From Callorhinchus milii (Eukaryota), in assembly GCF_018977255.1 (NCBI RefSeq), contig NW_024704751.1, forward strand, positions 8,308,001 to 8,372,000: a stretch of DNA of 64,000 nt. Reading direction: 5' to 3'. The first letter of the stretch is position 1. Each line of letters begins with the position of its first letter. Shown one piece after another: positions 1-34,649 of the stretch. Under the pieces are notes generated by a model. The model saw only the letters and a program-made list of their open reading frames with translations. It searched no databases and was not told the origin of the DNA. Position numbers and translations under genes: made by a program.

Positions 1-437
1 CTGACCAACGCTGGTGCAAAAGACAGACAGGACCAGTGGGAATCAATCCTGCAGGACACTGAGCAATGCTCTCCTGCAGTTGGTGCAATGCTCCTGTGTC
101 GCTGTCTCTCTTTACTCAGTGACCCGGTGAGGAATTCTCCGGTGGAAAAATGTTGTGTTTCTTTTTGGTTTTCTCTGTTTTTCTCGCCCCCCTCCTACCC
201 AACCCTCGCTTGCCCGTTCCCTCCTGGTGTATCTATTCCATCCTTCAAAAAGGCTCCAGCATTGATGAAGTAAAACACAACCCCCGCCCCCCCAACATTG
301 ATCTAGAACCTTTCACGTCAGGAGGACGTCCCCAAAGGTGCTGTGTCTCCACACCCTCTTTATCCATCAGCAATCACTGCCATCAGCAATATGGTACCAT
401 TGTCATTAGATATTGTCTCGATGGTCTGAGCCTTTGG

Positions 438-3400
438 CTACTGCTTACCCATCATGGCCAGAGCAGCCCCGAACGCGGAATCTGTCTCCTGCTCGTACTG
501 GATGGGCAGAGGGAAGGCTTTCTCCACCTCCTGTCTCAGCACCTCGTTCCTCAGCAGGGCGCTGCCGCTGCCCAGAATCCTCCGCACCCCCGCCTCCACC
601 AGCTGCCTGCATGGCAACATGGAATGGATGTTCTCCACAACCCCACGGCACAGGGCTCTGGTTAGGTGGGCCAAGGACAGGTTGGTTGGAGAGATGTTAA
701 GCACGGATGCCAGCTGACCAGGCAAATGCCTCTCTCCTAACAAGGTTGGCTGAATGGTGAGATCAGTGTGAGGCAGGTCACGGGCTGCGTCTATCAAGTG
801 GGAGTAGATGATGGGTTCCGCCGGGGCATCCAGGCCTAGGAAAAGGGGAATAAAATGCGGAGATTAACCATCCCCGAGGGCAACCCGGTTAGAGCTTTCT
901 CACCTGTGCTACCTTCAGATCCTCAACCGTTTCAAAAGGTCTTGGGGAACTGTTAAAATCTCCACCACACCACAAAAACTGGAACTGAAAAGTCTGAAAG
1001 GCCCCCCCCAAAACTGCCCGAATTGTCCTCAGTGGCGACTGGGCGACGCTGGCAGTTTTGGGCATTTTTCACTTCACGTTTTATCATCACAATTCAGGTC
1101 GAAACCTTAGGCAAGTTTCCTTACTCCACACGCCTCTGTTTACCTAGCGGTAAGTAGGAACCCAGTTGTTAGTCAACTGACTTGTTAGGGGACAGAGGCT
1201 GAGGGAGACAGGGAACAGAGACACTGAGTGAAAAAGGGGCAGACCGCCTGGGTAGTTAGAGGTGAGGAAGAAACACATTGATCGGTAAACTGGACAGTAA
1301 TAATAATAATAAACTTTGCATTTGATACAGCGTCTTAGCATGTCTTCGAGACGTCTCAAAGCGCTTCACAGAATACACCGTAAAGTGAATTGACTGCGGC
1401 AGCCAACTGCGCACAGCAGACAATCACCCGAACCTTCTACGAATACTTCTCAGCTTCTTACCCAGCTCCTGCATCCACTGTGTCACCGTCCTGACGAAGG
1501 TGGACAACACGTTCCCGCCGTTGAGAGCCGCTGCTACAGCCAAGTGGGTCCCGTCAAAGTACGGCACATAGGCAACGGCTGCTCCTGGGTTAGGCTGGGC
1601 CGGTGGCTCAAATCCTGGGGCCGGGGCAAAAGTCAACTGTGCCGAGGTGCTGATGTTCAGAACTGGGGAACCAAAGAGATAGTAACTGAACCGGTCTAGC
1701 AAACAGCTTCTGTCTAAAAAAAAATGAATCGGGGCCAGAGTGTTTTGTCCGATTTACCAGCAAATGCGCCGGAAATATAACATTATAGTAATAATATTAT
1801 AAAAATAATAATCCTGGCATTTGATACAGCGCCTTGTCACGTCTTCGAGACGTCTCAAAGCGCTTCACAGGATACACTGTAAAGTGATTTGACTGTATAT
1901 TCTGTGGGCGAAACACGGCAGCGCACAGCAGCGTCCCCACAAACTGAGTGACCAAATTATTATTGTTATTTTATTTTGAAGGGATTATTACCCCCGGAAA
2001 AGTGATCCGCCAATCGATTGACACCCGGGTTCTGACTTACTGCGAGGTAAACAGAGTTGTGCGTGTGTGTGGAGTGAGGAAACTTGCCCAATGTTTCGCT
2101 CTGCCCGGGAATCGAACCCAGGTCCTCTCGCTTGCGAGGACTAACCACTAAGCTACAGGGCTCCACAACATTAAGTGCGCAATCTGACATGTTGATTCTC
2201 TTACCTGCATCAGTCTTCTCCTTCATGCAAGAGTACACAGCGGCCTGGAAATCCCCGAAGGCCACGCCAACATCCGTACCCTGGGGCACCCCACACCACT
2301 CGCTACATGTTTGGCCAGCCACGGTGCCCGGCTCCACCACTGTGGGCAGCAGCCATGTGGGGAAACCAGCATCGCCGAGACTATGACAGGAAGAAACAAA
2401 TAATAATAATAATAATACTAATAATCCTTGCATTTGATACAGCGCCTCTTTGAGAAGCCTCAAAGCGCTTCACAGAATATGCTGTAAAGGGTAGTTACTG
2501 TGTGTTTTGTGGGCGACACCCGGCAGATCCCAAACCAAGAAGAGAAAGCGGACTTACATTTGCAAATTCCAGGACCCACTTTTGGTATTATAATACCCCC
2601 AACTCGCTGCGTTGTGCGGAGACATCAGAGGCTTTTCAAGCCCACACAACATGGCCACAACATAGTCGTGGATAGTCCCCGCTGCACTGTAAGGCTTCAG
2701 AAAGCCGGGTCTGGAGAAACACGGCAAAACACATTTCACCGAGAAACAATTTAACATTGGCCAACCATACCTGTGCGTTTACGTTCACTTAGAAGGATGG
2801 CAAAATAATTCCCGACTTCGGATGATATTTTGAAGAGTAATTTAGAGATTTCTACCTGTTTCTCAGGTACCAGAAGAGGGTGGCGCAGCCGAAGCCGGTG
2901 GAAGGAAGGATGTGGGAATCTGGCCTCGCAAGGGAAGCCAGGAACTCGCTGTTGCAGCGACCATCTTGCCACGTGACCAGCTGACTGACCTGCTCAGGGA
3001 GGAATGTCAGACCATCTGCACTCGCCTGCCAGCTACAGCCTGAAACAGAACATCGCAAGATATCACAGACTCCCAACACCAACCATCCCAGACACCGGAA
3101 ACCCACCGGCTCCCAGAGACGTGCTCCCGATGTGAAAGGGGCCATACGTGCAATTTGTGGTTGTTGTCTGTGATGGGAGAGCTCAGAGACATCAAGGCTG
3201 CCCTTGAACTCAGTGAAGGCTGAGGGAGGAGAAGCTGAGATACTGGAGCACTTGGGAGATGTCTCAACCTGCTACACAAGATTTATTGTAAAGTGACTGT
3301 ATATTTGCAATTGAAGCGCAGCAGCCAATTTGCACAAAACAGTGTCCCACAAAACGTCCACAAAGAGAGTGACCAATTTTATCTGAACGACTGTAGGCCA

Positions 3401-4854
3401 GGACACTGGGGGAATCTCCCTTCTCTTTTCAACAGATCCATTGGATCTTTAACGTCTACCTGAACAGGCAGACAGGACCTCTGTTTAACGTCTCACATAA
3501 AGGTGAAGGACGACACCTCCGACCATGTATTGCAGTATAAACCTACATTGTGGGTTTAGTAGATCTTGAACCGACAACCTTCTGCCTCAGAGGCAAGAGT
3601 CCTACCAACTGAGTCAGACCCACATTGGCACCGTATCAAAAGGTGATTGCAATCAAGGTGCACCGTGTACTCTGGCAAAGCAGTGATAAAATGGCTTGAT
3701 GTTGGTGGAACAATAGTCCAGGATGTGATAATATCAGTGTATTCATACCACGTGTTGTTTCGCAGCAATCTGCGCAGCACAGTTGGCCACATAACCTGAC
3801 TACAAGTCTGAGCTTCAACAACAACTTGCATTTATATAAAGCCAGAAGGCGTCTCGGAGCGCTTGAATTATTTTACTGGTTTTGGCATTTCAGTGGGACT
3901 GGAATTTCCAGAGCCCCCAGGACCCTACCCTGCGTGAGGGACTCTACATAATTGCAAGTTGTTGTTGTTGGTCACCAGTGCCTTCAATCCAACCTCTTAC
4001 AAACGCCCGGGCTGGTTTGATTTTGGATCGCTCCCCAATAGAAACGATGTGGCTTCAGCCCTTCATGAACCCGTCACTGGGGGCGTTGGGCTGCTCTTAC
4101 CTGCCTTGGCTGCCCACAGCACAACTCCGTGCATCTGTCCCGAGATTCCGACTCGCACCACCTTGTGCAGGCGATTTCCGGGCAGAGCAGCCAGGCACTG
4201 GTGTAGAGCACTCACAATCCTGCTCACATCCTGCTCTCGAGCCTGTAAACACACACACAACTGGCAAACAGGCAGGAGGCACCCGCCAAACCCTAGCCTG
4301 CCCTGAAATGGTATCTCTTCCACCTGGTAGACGACGCCAGGGTTTACTGCTCTGTGTTTAACAAGTCTCTGGAAATACTGAAGGCTCTATGGACTAGTTT
4401 TAACAGATTAAGATAAATCTGATCTTGCGTTAAAAAAGCCACTTCAACCTCAGCAAGAAGCCCGGTGAATGAATGATTCTAAGTGTAAACGGCCCATTGG
4501 ATGTGGCCGCCATTTCTCTTGGGATTTTTTNACTTTCGCCGCGTTTCGCCCGTAAAACTAAATTAAATATTAAATTAAAACACAAGAGTTAATCCACTCG
4601 ATGGCGTATCCTGTGGAGCGCTTTGAGACGTCTGGAAGACGTGATAAGGCGCTGTGTCAAATGCAAGTTATTATTATTATTATTATTATCATCATCATCA
4701 TCACCTGTTCCCCGTCCTGGCTCGGGGCGCTGGCCAGTGTGTCGCGAGTCTGTGTGTTGACCAGGATCCGACTCTTTGACTCCACCAGCACCGCCTTCAC
4801 CGAGTTGGTGCCTAAATCCAAGCCCAGCACGTAGCTCTGACATGGCGCACTCAT
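438..4854 (-). CDS. SHPK: Sedoheptulokinase (FGGY carbohydrate kinase family), 7 coding exons
   Basis: Exons 4854-4705, 4242-4101, 3039-2856, 2710-2558, 2380-2205, 1662-1462, 835-438, all GT-AG with consistent phases. Motifs YVLGLDLGTNSVKA, GISGQMHGVVLW, LVTWQDGRC, AAGTIHDYVVAMLC, NAASWGYY, GDFQAAVYS, VLNISTSAQL, AALNGGNVL, PTLLGERH, DSAFGAAL match SHPK/CARKL. Confidence 0.96.
1804..2164 (-). mobile_element. tRNA-derived SINE with LINE-like (ATT)n tail
   Basis: Reverse strand starts GGAGCCCTGTAGCTTAGTGGTTAG...GGTTCGATTCCCGG (A/B boxes) and ends in the AAGCGCTTTGAGACGTCTCGAAGACGTG...TATCAAATGC..GATTATT tail. Confidence 0.85.
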
Positions 4855-4859
4855 GGTAC

Positions 4860-5900
4860 ACAAGACACCAGCTCAAACCTGTCCAGCCGGGGCCATGGAC
4901 TGTGGTTAGTAAATGCTCTGTCGGACTCGCGCGAGATTTACATTTGTATACTGACGCAGCGTCTGTCACGTCGGGAGGACGTCTCCAGGCGCCGGCAGCC
5001 CAGGGTTAGCCCCCGCGGGCTGGGCAGGTGTCACGATCCTGGTCTGGGGCCACCATCAGTCAGCCAGTCAGTGAGCGGCATCACGTCGTGGGCGGGGAGG
5101 CTGCGATTTGGGGGTTTTGGGGTGTGGGGGATGTGGGGGGGGGGGTGTTGGTGTGTATGTATGTGGGGTTGGGTCTGGGGGGTGTGTGTGTGGGGGGGGG
5201 GGGAGGGTTAGGGGGTTATGGGCGTGGGTAGCTGGTGCAGGAGTTTGTGGGGGAGCCGGGTTTGGCAGTGAATAGGGTTGGGGTGTAGGTTTTAGGGGAA
5301 GGGTAGGTCTTTAGGTGTAGGTCTATGTGGGGGGGAGGGTGTGGGGGGGAGGGGGGGAGAGGTCTATGTGGGTTGAGGGTGGGGGGGGTCTGTGTGGGGG
5401 GGGGTCTGTGTGTGGGGGGGTCTGTGTGTGGGGGGGGTCTGTGTGTGGGGGGGAGGGTGTGGGGGGTCTGTGTGTGGGGGGTCTGTGTGTGGGGGGTCTG
5501 TGTGTGGGGGGGTCTGTGTGTGGGGGTCTGTGTGTGGGAGGGAGGGTGTGGGGGGTCTGTGTGTGGGGGGTCTGTGTGTGGGGGGGAGGGTGTGGGGGGT
5601 CTGTGTGTGGGGGGAGGGTGTGGGGGGGTCTGTGTGTGGGGGGGAGGGTGTGGGAGGGTCTGTGTGTGGGGGGGAGGGTGTGGGGGGTCTGTGTGTGGGG
5701 GGGTCTGTGTGTGGGGGTCTGTGTATGTGGGGGGGTCTGTGTGGGGGGGTCTGTGTGTGTGTGTGGGGGGGAGACGATGTGCAGCACCGACCTACGTCAT
5801 CGCGCAGAGCGGGGTCAGGGGTCGCGCGGTGACGCAGGCGTCGGTCACCGTCACTGACGCCCGAGACACGCGCGCCCCCGGTCAGGCTGGTGAGTACCGC
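4860..5900. promoter_or_regulatory. Divergent (bidirectional) CpG-rich promoter region of SHPK and EMC6
   Basis: Lies between head-to-head 5' ends. CpG-rich patches at about 4900-5110 and 5770-6150 contain several TGACG/CGTCA half-CRE sites, a GC box and TCTCGCGAG-like motifs. Confidence 0.6.
5324..5770. repeat. G-rich minisatellite (GGGGGGTCTGTGTGT / GGGGGAGGGTGT units)
   Basis: Directly visible tandem units. The long Gly/Val/Cys and Pro/His/Thr ORFs here are repeat artefacts. Confidence 0.95.
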
Positions 5901-6741
5901 ACACCCCGCGGCCCGGCCCCTCCCTCCCCACCCCCGGCCTCTCCCTCCCTCCCTCCCCACCCCCGGCCTCCCCACCTCCCCCCCCACCCACCCCCGGCCT
6001 CTCTTTACCCGAGTCCCGGGGAGGCCTTCGCGGCTCGGTCCCAGCCCCGGGGCCTCAGGCCTGTGCTCCCTGTTGAGCCTCAGGCCCTCCCCTCAGGCCT
6101 CTCGCGAGGGTCTCCAGCCGAGCGGCCCCACCAGACACGCAGCCCCGGCCCTCCCCCCCCCACACACACACACACACACTCCACACAGTCACTACACTTT
6201 ACGGTATATTCCCGTGAAGGGCTTTGAGACGACCTCGAAGACGCGATAAGGCTCCGGGTCCGAATGCGACGATTATTATTATTATTATTATTATTACTCC
6301 TCTCCTCCTCCTCCTCCTCCTCCGCCCTCTCAGCTCCCGTTGACCCCGCGAACCAAAGGCCGAGCGGGTAGCGGTGGGTGGTCCACCACCGCACACTCTG
6401 GACCCCCACCACCACCACACACTCTGGACCCCCACCATCACCACACACTCTGGACCCCCACCGTCACACACTCTGGACCCCCACCATCACCACCACTGCA
6501 CACTCTGGACTCCCCCCCCCCCCCCCCAATCCTTGGCTCTTGCTGACCTGCGCCTAATACACTCTCTCTCTCTCTCGGGGGGGAATTTGGGGCTTATAGC
6601 TCTCACCGGAGAGGACAAAGATCTGCTCGGCTGCGGTGCCCCCACAGCCCGATCTGGCCCTGCGACACTCGGGGGATGTTCAGTTGGTTTCAGGCGCCAG
6701 AGGGCAGCCGGAGCCTGAGCAAAGCAAATCAGTGGGTTGCG

Positions 6742-6779
<38 letters not shown>

Positions 6780-6979
6780 AGAAGGGAGTTTTGTTGGTTT
6801 CAGGAGTCCAATTGAGATAATCAATTCGCTTTACAGTGTATTCTGATAAGGCGCTGTATCAAATGCAAGGATTATTATTATTATTATTATTAATAATAAG
6901 TTTGGAGCAAAGTCCTGCTCAATTTCCCAGACTCTGAAACTGTCTCTCGTTTTCCTCCAGCAGAGTTTCCGAGGTGACC

Positions 6980-7312
6980 ATGGCTGCTGTGACCGCCAAG
7001 CGAGACGGGCCGCAGTTTATCAGCGAGATGGCAGTGCGAGGCAACGCCGCCGTCCTGGAATATTGTCGGACCTCGGTGTCCGCGCTGTCAGGGGCCACGG
7101 CGGGTATCCTGGGGCTGACGGCCTTGACCGGCTTCGTCTTCTACTTTGTGGCGTCGTTCCTACTCTCCCTGCTGCTGACGGTCAAAGCCGGGCGCCTATG
7201 GAGAAAGTACTTCAAGTCTCGCCGGCCTCTCTTCACCGGCGGACTGGTCGGGGGGCTTTTCACTTACATCCTCTTCTGGACATTCCTCTACGGCATGGTG
7301 CACGTATATTGA
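6980..7312 (+). CDS. EMC6: ER membrane protein complex subunit 6 (110 aa, single coding exon)
   Basis: [47 protein letters not shown]...[27 protein letters not shown]. Acceptor ctccag(cag) at 6955-6963, likely non-coding exon ending at a donor near 5890 (CTG|gtgagt), AATAAA at 7467 and 8440. Confidence 0.98.
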   Translation: MAAVTAKRDGPQFISEMAVRGNAAVLEYCRTSVSALSGATAGILGLTALTGFVFYFVASFLLSLLLTVKAGRLWRKYFKSRRPLFTGGLVGGLFTYILFWTFLYGMVHVY

Positions 7313-10300
7313 CCCGGGCGGGCGGGTGGGCAGGCGGACACTGGGACAGGCAAGGCGATCGGAGGCTCCTCTCAGCCGGGATCGGGACTCTGACTCGCCT
7401 GCGGACAACTGCACGGTAAAAAAACGATTCCGGCATGTGTGTCAAGTTAACTTAATGAGATTTGCAAATAAAACAGTCGTATTTTCCAACCGAATTTTCA
7501 CAATTACCAGATGAAATTCTAGTTGCTTTAGACGGATAGTGCTGGCATTACTTTTGTACGGCGGGAGGAGACTGTGCGCGTGGTTGTGGGATGTCTTGTA
7601 TCTTTGTAAAAGCGACCGCCATGAGCAACCCAGAACAGAGGATGACGAGTTAAGGAGAAGGTTTCCGTCCTGGGAGCTGGTAACGAGCTATTGAATGTTC
7701 GGCACAGGGTAGTTGGGTTTGCCTTATGAAATGCCACATGCGGTTAGTGTGCTAAGATGTCCATCCAAGTGAGTTCCCAGGCTCGTGATACCACTCACTC
7801 AACTTGGGAGTTGAGGCACTTTCCCTCTCCTGCAGCGTGATGGCAAAATGGGTGATGGGCTGAGACCAAAGTCCTGCAGCTCAGTCAGGTAGAGTTGGGT
7901 GGGCATCTGAACTGTGAAACGTGTGTCGGTCTGGACGCCAGACACAAAGAGCCCAGTAATGTCCAGTATCACAGTCTGAAGTACGTTGAGGGTTATTAGT
8001 TTGTGTAGTATTGACCTGCCATTAGCTTTGTTCCCACTGAAATGTGGCATTGCCTCTCGCCACGACATTTGAGTACTAATGACACCAGCATTTAGGACTG
8101 TTACAAGCCGGAATATCAAAAGACCGAGTTTGCTAATCTTCTCTTGTTTCTCAACTGGTCCTGGTGGGCTGGGCTGTGTGTGGTGTAAAATCTGTGGTGA
8201 ACTTTCATGACAGCTGATTTGCAGACCGAAAAGAGAGGGAATTGATTTTTGATCAAGAAATTCGACCATTTCTGAGAACACGGGAGTGAGAGTCTTCAGA
8301 AGAGCATGAACTCTTTGTTAGTTTGTAATTCACAGCCCTGGTACCCGCTTACAGGAAATAAATTTACGTTTGATTCTTCTGTTTTGTGCATATTTATACT
8401 GAAATTTGTGTGCAATAATAATCCTTAATAATTATTAATAATAAATGAGTTTATGCTTAAATAGGTTTTCCGAGTACAGTAATGTGTGTAACGTTAAGTT
8501 GAATCTGAACTTTATTTTGATTCGTTAAAACAACCCCATCAAATATAGGCGTTCATGTTGTCAGGACACCAGTCAACCAATTGTTACAAAAAGGCTTTAT
8601 TTCTGTGTTTTTTTTAAAGTATTTTTTACACCAAATTAAAATTTCAAGCTTCACACCACAAACTATTACTGTGAAAACAGTGCACAGCAGCATTTGCCAG
8701 ATCCCAAATGAATCTACACTTAAGCAGCTGGTCGGATTCCACCTACAATCGCTAGCTGCGAGAGAGAGAGAGGGGGGAATCGAGTTGAGCAGCCCCACCA
8801 CCAGCTGACAGCCATCTCCACCACGTTGCGTTCGATGGCTAAGTGAAGACGCGTGTGTGTGTGTGTGTCAGTGTGTCAGAGCACGACAACCGTTCGATGT
8901 GAAGACTTTGGAGGCAGAGATTACGTGGAGAGCGCGAGGCACACTCTGCGTCAATGCTGGGCTAGTGCCCACCATTGCCGGCCGGCCACGTTCCTGGCCC
9001 GCAGAGTGGCTTCCAGGGCAGAGGCTGATCAAGATGGCAAGCAGCGTATAGTCACTAAACAGCGGTCTGCAGTCAACCTACCTACAGACTTAGACAGTAA
9101 CACAGGCCTCAAAACAAATGTAAACATCTCTTTCTCTCTCCTCCCACCAAATCACCCTGAATAAAACCTGTCCTCATTGTGCAATAATCTCTAAAATATA
9201 TTTCTCAAGGGTTTCCTTCAAGGCAGAAATATTAACTAAGACAAGGCACCATCATCTAATTTCCTCAGTCACTCAATCAGTCAGTCTCTCTCCCAAGCTC
9301 TAACCATCGCTGTAACTCGACACGTCTGTTTTATTGTGTGGATATTTTGTGCTTTTCAAAGTAAAGTTGTTTGTCCATGCCAGGAAATAGAACAATCTCT
9401 CTTCTCAACTCACCCAGGTTAGAGACAGAGTAAAGCTCCCTCTGCACTGTCCGTCCACACTCTCAGGTCAGTGACAGCACGGGTTAGAGACAAAGTAAAG
9501 CTCTTACTATTCTGCCCTGACCTCCAATCTCAGAACCTATTTTCCAGTGACAGCTTTATTTCTTGCACCGTCAGCTGCTCTGCGTCTTTTTTGGTGCCAG
9601 GTTACGGGCAGCATTATTTTGTGGGTTCGCGACCACGAGAAATTGTTGGCTTTCAGCCTAGTCTGCTCCACAACCAGTGAGCACCGTGGGGGCTTCCACC
9701 CAAGTGACATGGCTCTATCCCAGTGTGCTCACATACTGCCGTTCCCCACCCCCCAGGGCACTGGCTTGGTTCATGTAAAGCTGTGCTACGGTGGGCCTGG
9801 CTCTTCCTCGCCTCCCGTCACACTAGGGCAAGCTGGACGCAGTCTCTGTACAGTATATGGTTTCAGATTGTGCGTTAGTGCAAAACCAAGGCAGTTAGAT
9901 TAACAGGGATAGAATGTATAACCAAATTACAGGGACCTCGCACAGGTTCACCTGTATAACATTAGGAACATTTGAAGGAAGGCCCAAGGTTCTCCTCCAG
10001 TCTGTGCTGAGTGAGCGGATCTCAACTGGGGTCATGGGTGGGCCTTGACTTATACACAAAAATGCAGCAGGAGTGAGGAGTGCTCACTCCAGATCATTAT
10101 CCCTCACCCTGCCATAAACGCTGTGTGTGTGTGTGTGCGTGCGAGAGAGGGAGCATGTGTGTGTGTGTGAGAGAGAGAGAGAATGTAAACTCTCAGCACC
10201 ATGACTGTAAACTCTCAGCACGAGGTTGAGCCAGGAGGTTGGGGGCGTGAGGAGCAGAGCCATTAAACTGGAGGAAGAGGCAGTGAGGAATGACAGCCAA

Positions 10301-10394
10301 TTCCAAGACTGGACAAACAGAGGGAAGGACAGAACCCACAGACACAGACACTGGCTGACAATGTGAGGTCAGAGTGAGTGCTCGGTGACCAGCC

Positions 10395-10456
<62 letters not shown>
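10395..10456. repeat. (ATCA)n tetranucleotide microsatellite
   Basis: About 15 perfect units in the presumed BLTP2 3' UTR region. Confidence 0.95.
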
Positions 10457-10457
<1 letters not shown>

Positions 10458-11328
10458 CAAACACAGATTCCCAACAGTTCCTCCCAGAGTGAAACAGGAA
10501 GAGACTGGGAATGAGTGGGGAAGTACAGTGGGAGACACAAAATATACAGTCAATTCACTTTACAGTGTATCCTGTGACGCGGCCTTGAGACGTTTTGAAG
10601 ACGTGATAAGGTGCTATATCAAATGCAAGGATTATTATTTATTTATCTATCTATCTACCTGACATCCATTCCCTTTTTGGGAAGGGTGAGGTGGGGCAGT
10701 GGTCGGGAACCCAATAAGAACTGGATTCGATTTGTTTTTTTCAAGCACGATTCAGAGATCAGACACGTAACGGAAGTCAGGAGATAAGCCGTTAGATCAC
10801 AATGGCTGACGAGTTACTACAAAGCAGTGCAGGTTTTAGTGTCTGATCAATGACACTGAGTTAGCTTTTCCACCCTTATCCCTCTCTTCTTAAAACATTT
10901 TTACACAGGCACAAAGTGCCCAATAATAAGCCCGCCCCGAGTCTGAACCAGAGTCGAGAGAAAAATCATCTCTTGAGCCTCCCCCAGTCCAGCCCACCCC
11001 CATCCACACCCCCACCCAACAGACCCCGCCCTAGCCACCGCCAACAGAGCCTGTCCCACCCCCGCGACCAGCACGTCCCACCCCCAACCCGCCTCACCCA
11101 GGACCCGCCCCAGCGATCAGCACGCTCAGACCCCACCCTGCCCCACCCCTGCCCCCATGGCCGGCCAGCCCGCCCGGTCCCAGCCCCACCCCTGCCCCCA
11201 TGGCCGGCCAGCCCGCCCGGTCCCAGCCCCCACCTCCATCGCTAGCACACCCTGTCCCAGACCCAGCCTCACTGACAGAGGAGGCGGTGGGGGGGGGGAA
11301 ACAGCTAGTTTCTCTCCCGCCTCCCCTC

Positions 11329-33018
<21,690 letters not shown>

Positions 33019-34649
33019 AGTGGGGGGGAGGGCCTCGGGCCTCGGGCCTCGCCGTCCGCGGCCTCTCCCCTCACCTGACACCGGGCGGCCCTGGAGGAGC
33101 TGTCAGGCCTCCGTCCGTCCGTCCCCGCGCGGGCCGACCGAACCCACTCCCGGCGTTTAACCATCACCGCCGACACCGCCGCAACAGCGGCAGCAGCGAC
33201 GTGGAGCAAAGGCGGGGCCGACCACAACTCGCCCCGGAGTGACTGCCGCGCCCAGACTCCACCCCCCCCACCCCCGCCCCCACTTGGGCGGGTTTCACGC
33301 CCAATTTGGGCGGGTCGGTGTTGCGCTGGGCGTGGGGTGGTGGGTGGGGGGGGGGGGGGGTTGGTGCTTAATTTCTATATCTTTTAAATTTAAACCTGCA
33401 ACCAACCCCCCCCCCCTCATGCCCCCCACACCTCCTGCCCCCCTACTCCCACCCCCACCCCAGTCCGGGCAAACACTAATATCGCAGTCTGAATGGAATT
33501 TTCCCGAATGCCGGGAACACTGTCCCTCAGGACCCGGTTGGCAGAACTCTGGCCACTGAGTCAAAAGGTTAACGAACGCTCCCGCGTCCGCCCACAAGTT
33601 TACAGTCAATTCACTTGACAGTGTGTTCTGTGAAGCGCTTTGGGACGTCCTCCCGACGTGAAAAGCGCTATATCAAATGCAAGGATTATTATTATTATTG
33701 TATTAGTTCCACCCCCACATTGAGACTTCCGAGCTCACGGCCCGGGCTGATGTCCTAGTGCAGTGCTGGAAGAGACACACTCTTGAAAGAGACATTAAAC
33801 TGAGGGCCCATCTGTCCGTTCAGGTGAATGTTAAACATCCTATGGCACTATTCAAAAAGGGAGTTTCTTTCTCCTGGTGTCCTGGCAAACAAATCCCCCG
33901 GATAAAATTAGTTCTCTACATTACGGCTGTTTGTGAACAAAATTGGTTACTGCATTGGTTTACAAATACAGTCACTGCACTATACAGCAAGTCCCACAAA
34001 GCACTTTGAGGTGTTTCGATGACTCGATGATACTGTATCAAATGCAAGGATATTAAGACTGGTTGGTAACTCCAAGTTTTGTCAAATAATTGGAGCAAAA
34101 CATCCACGGTAATTAGCGAGTGATTATTCGAGGTCCTGGTAGCTGCTTTATTTCAGTTGGGTCAATGGTGGTCATTAGAAAGCAACCCCCCCCCCCCCCC
34201 CCACTTCCCCCGGTGCCCACAGAACCAGCTTGAACCATCGCTGTCAGGCCAGAAAATACATGAAATTCTATGACTTGAATTGGGATCTTTCAGTCACAAG
34301 TTCCGCCTTCTTGTATTAAGAACATCACACCACCGTAAATCCAGCCTTCTTAGTTGTTTTATTCAGACATGTTTAGTTACACATTTTACACATTCTGGAA
34401 TGATTCCAGGCTCGACTGACGTGTTATTTTACTCCCAAACAGTTAATTTACACAACCTGTACTGATCTACGGTCTACCGGCTCGCTGTCCTGTCCTCTTG
34501 TTCTACAGCCTGTGCGTCTAAGACAAAAACATTTCCAGAGATAGTAGCGAGAAGTGTGGCTCCCGGAGCTCTGGACATTTCAGAGCTAAAACCCAAAGCT
34601 CCCAATTGGCCCTGGTGTAATGACACGTGCGAGCCCTCAGGCTCTCTGA

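Noticed and set aside
5323-6227. Long Gly/Val/Cys- and Pro/His/Thr-rich ORFs (also 32388-32975, 42543-44291, 57801-60184)
   Set aside because: They are translations of G/C-rich tandem repeats that lack stop codons. They are open in several frames on both strands with no splice or homology support.
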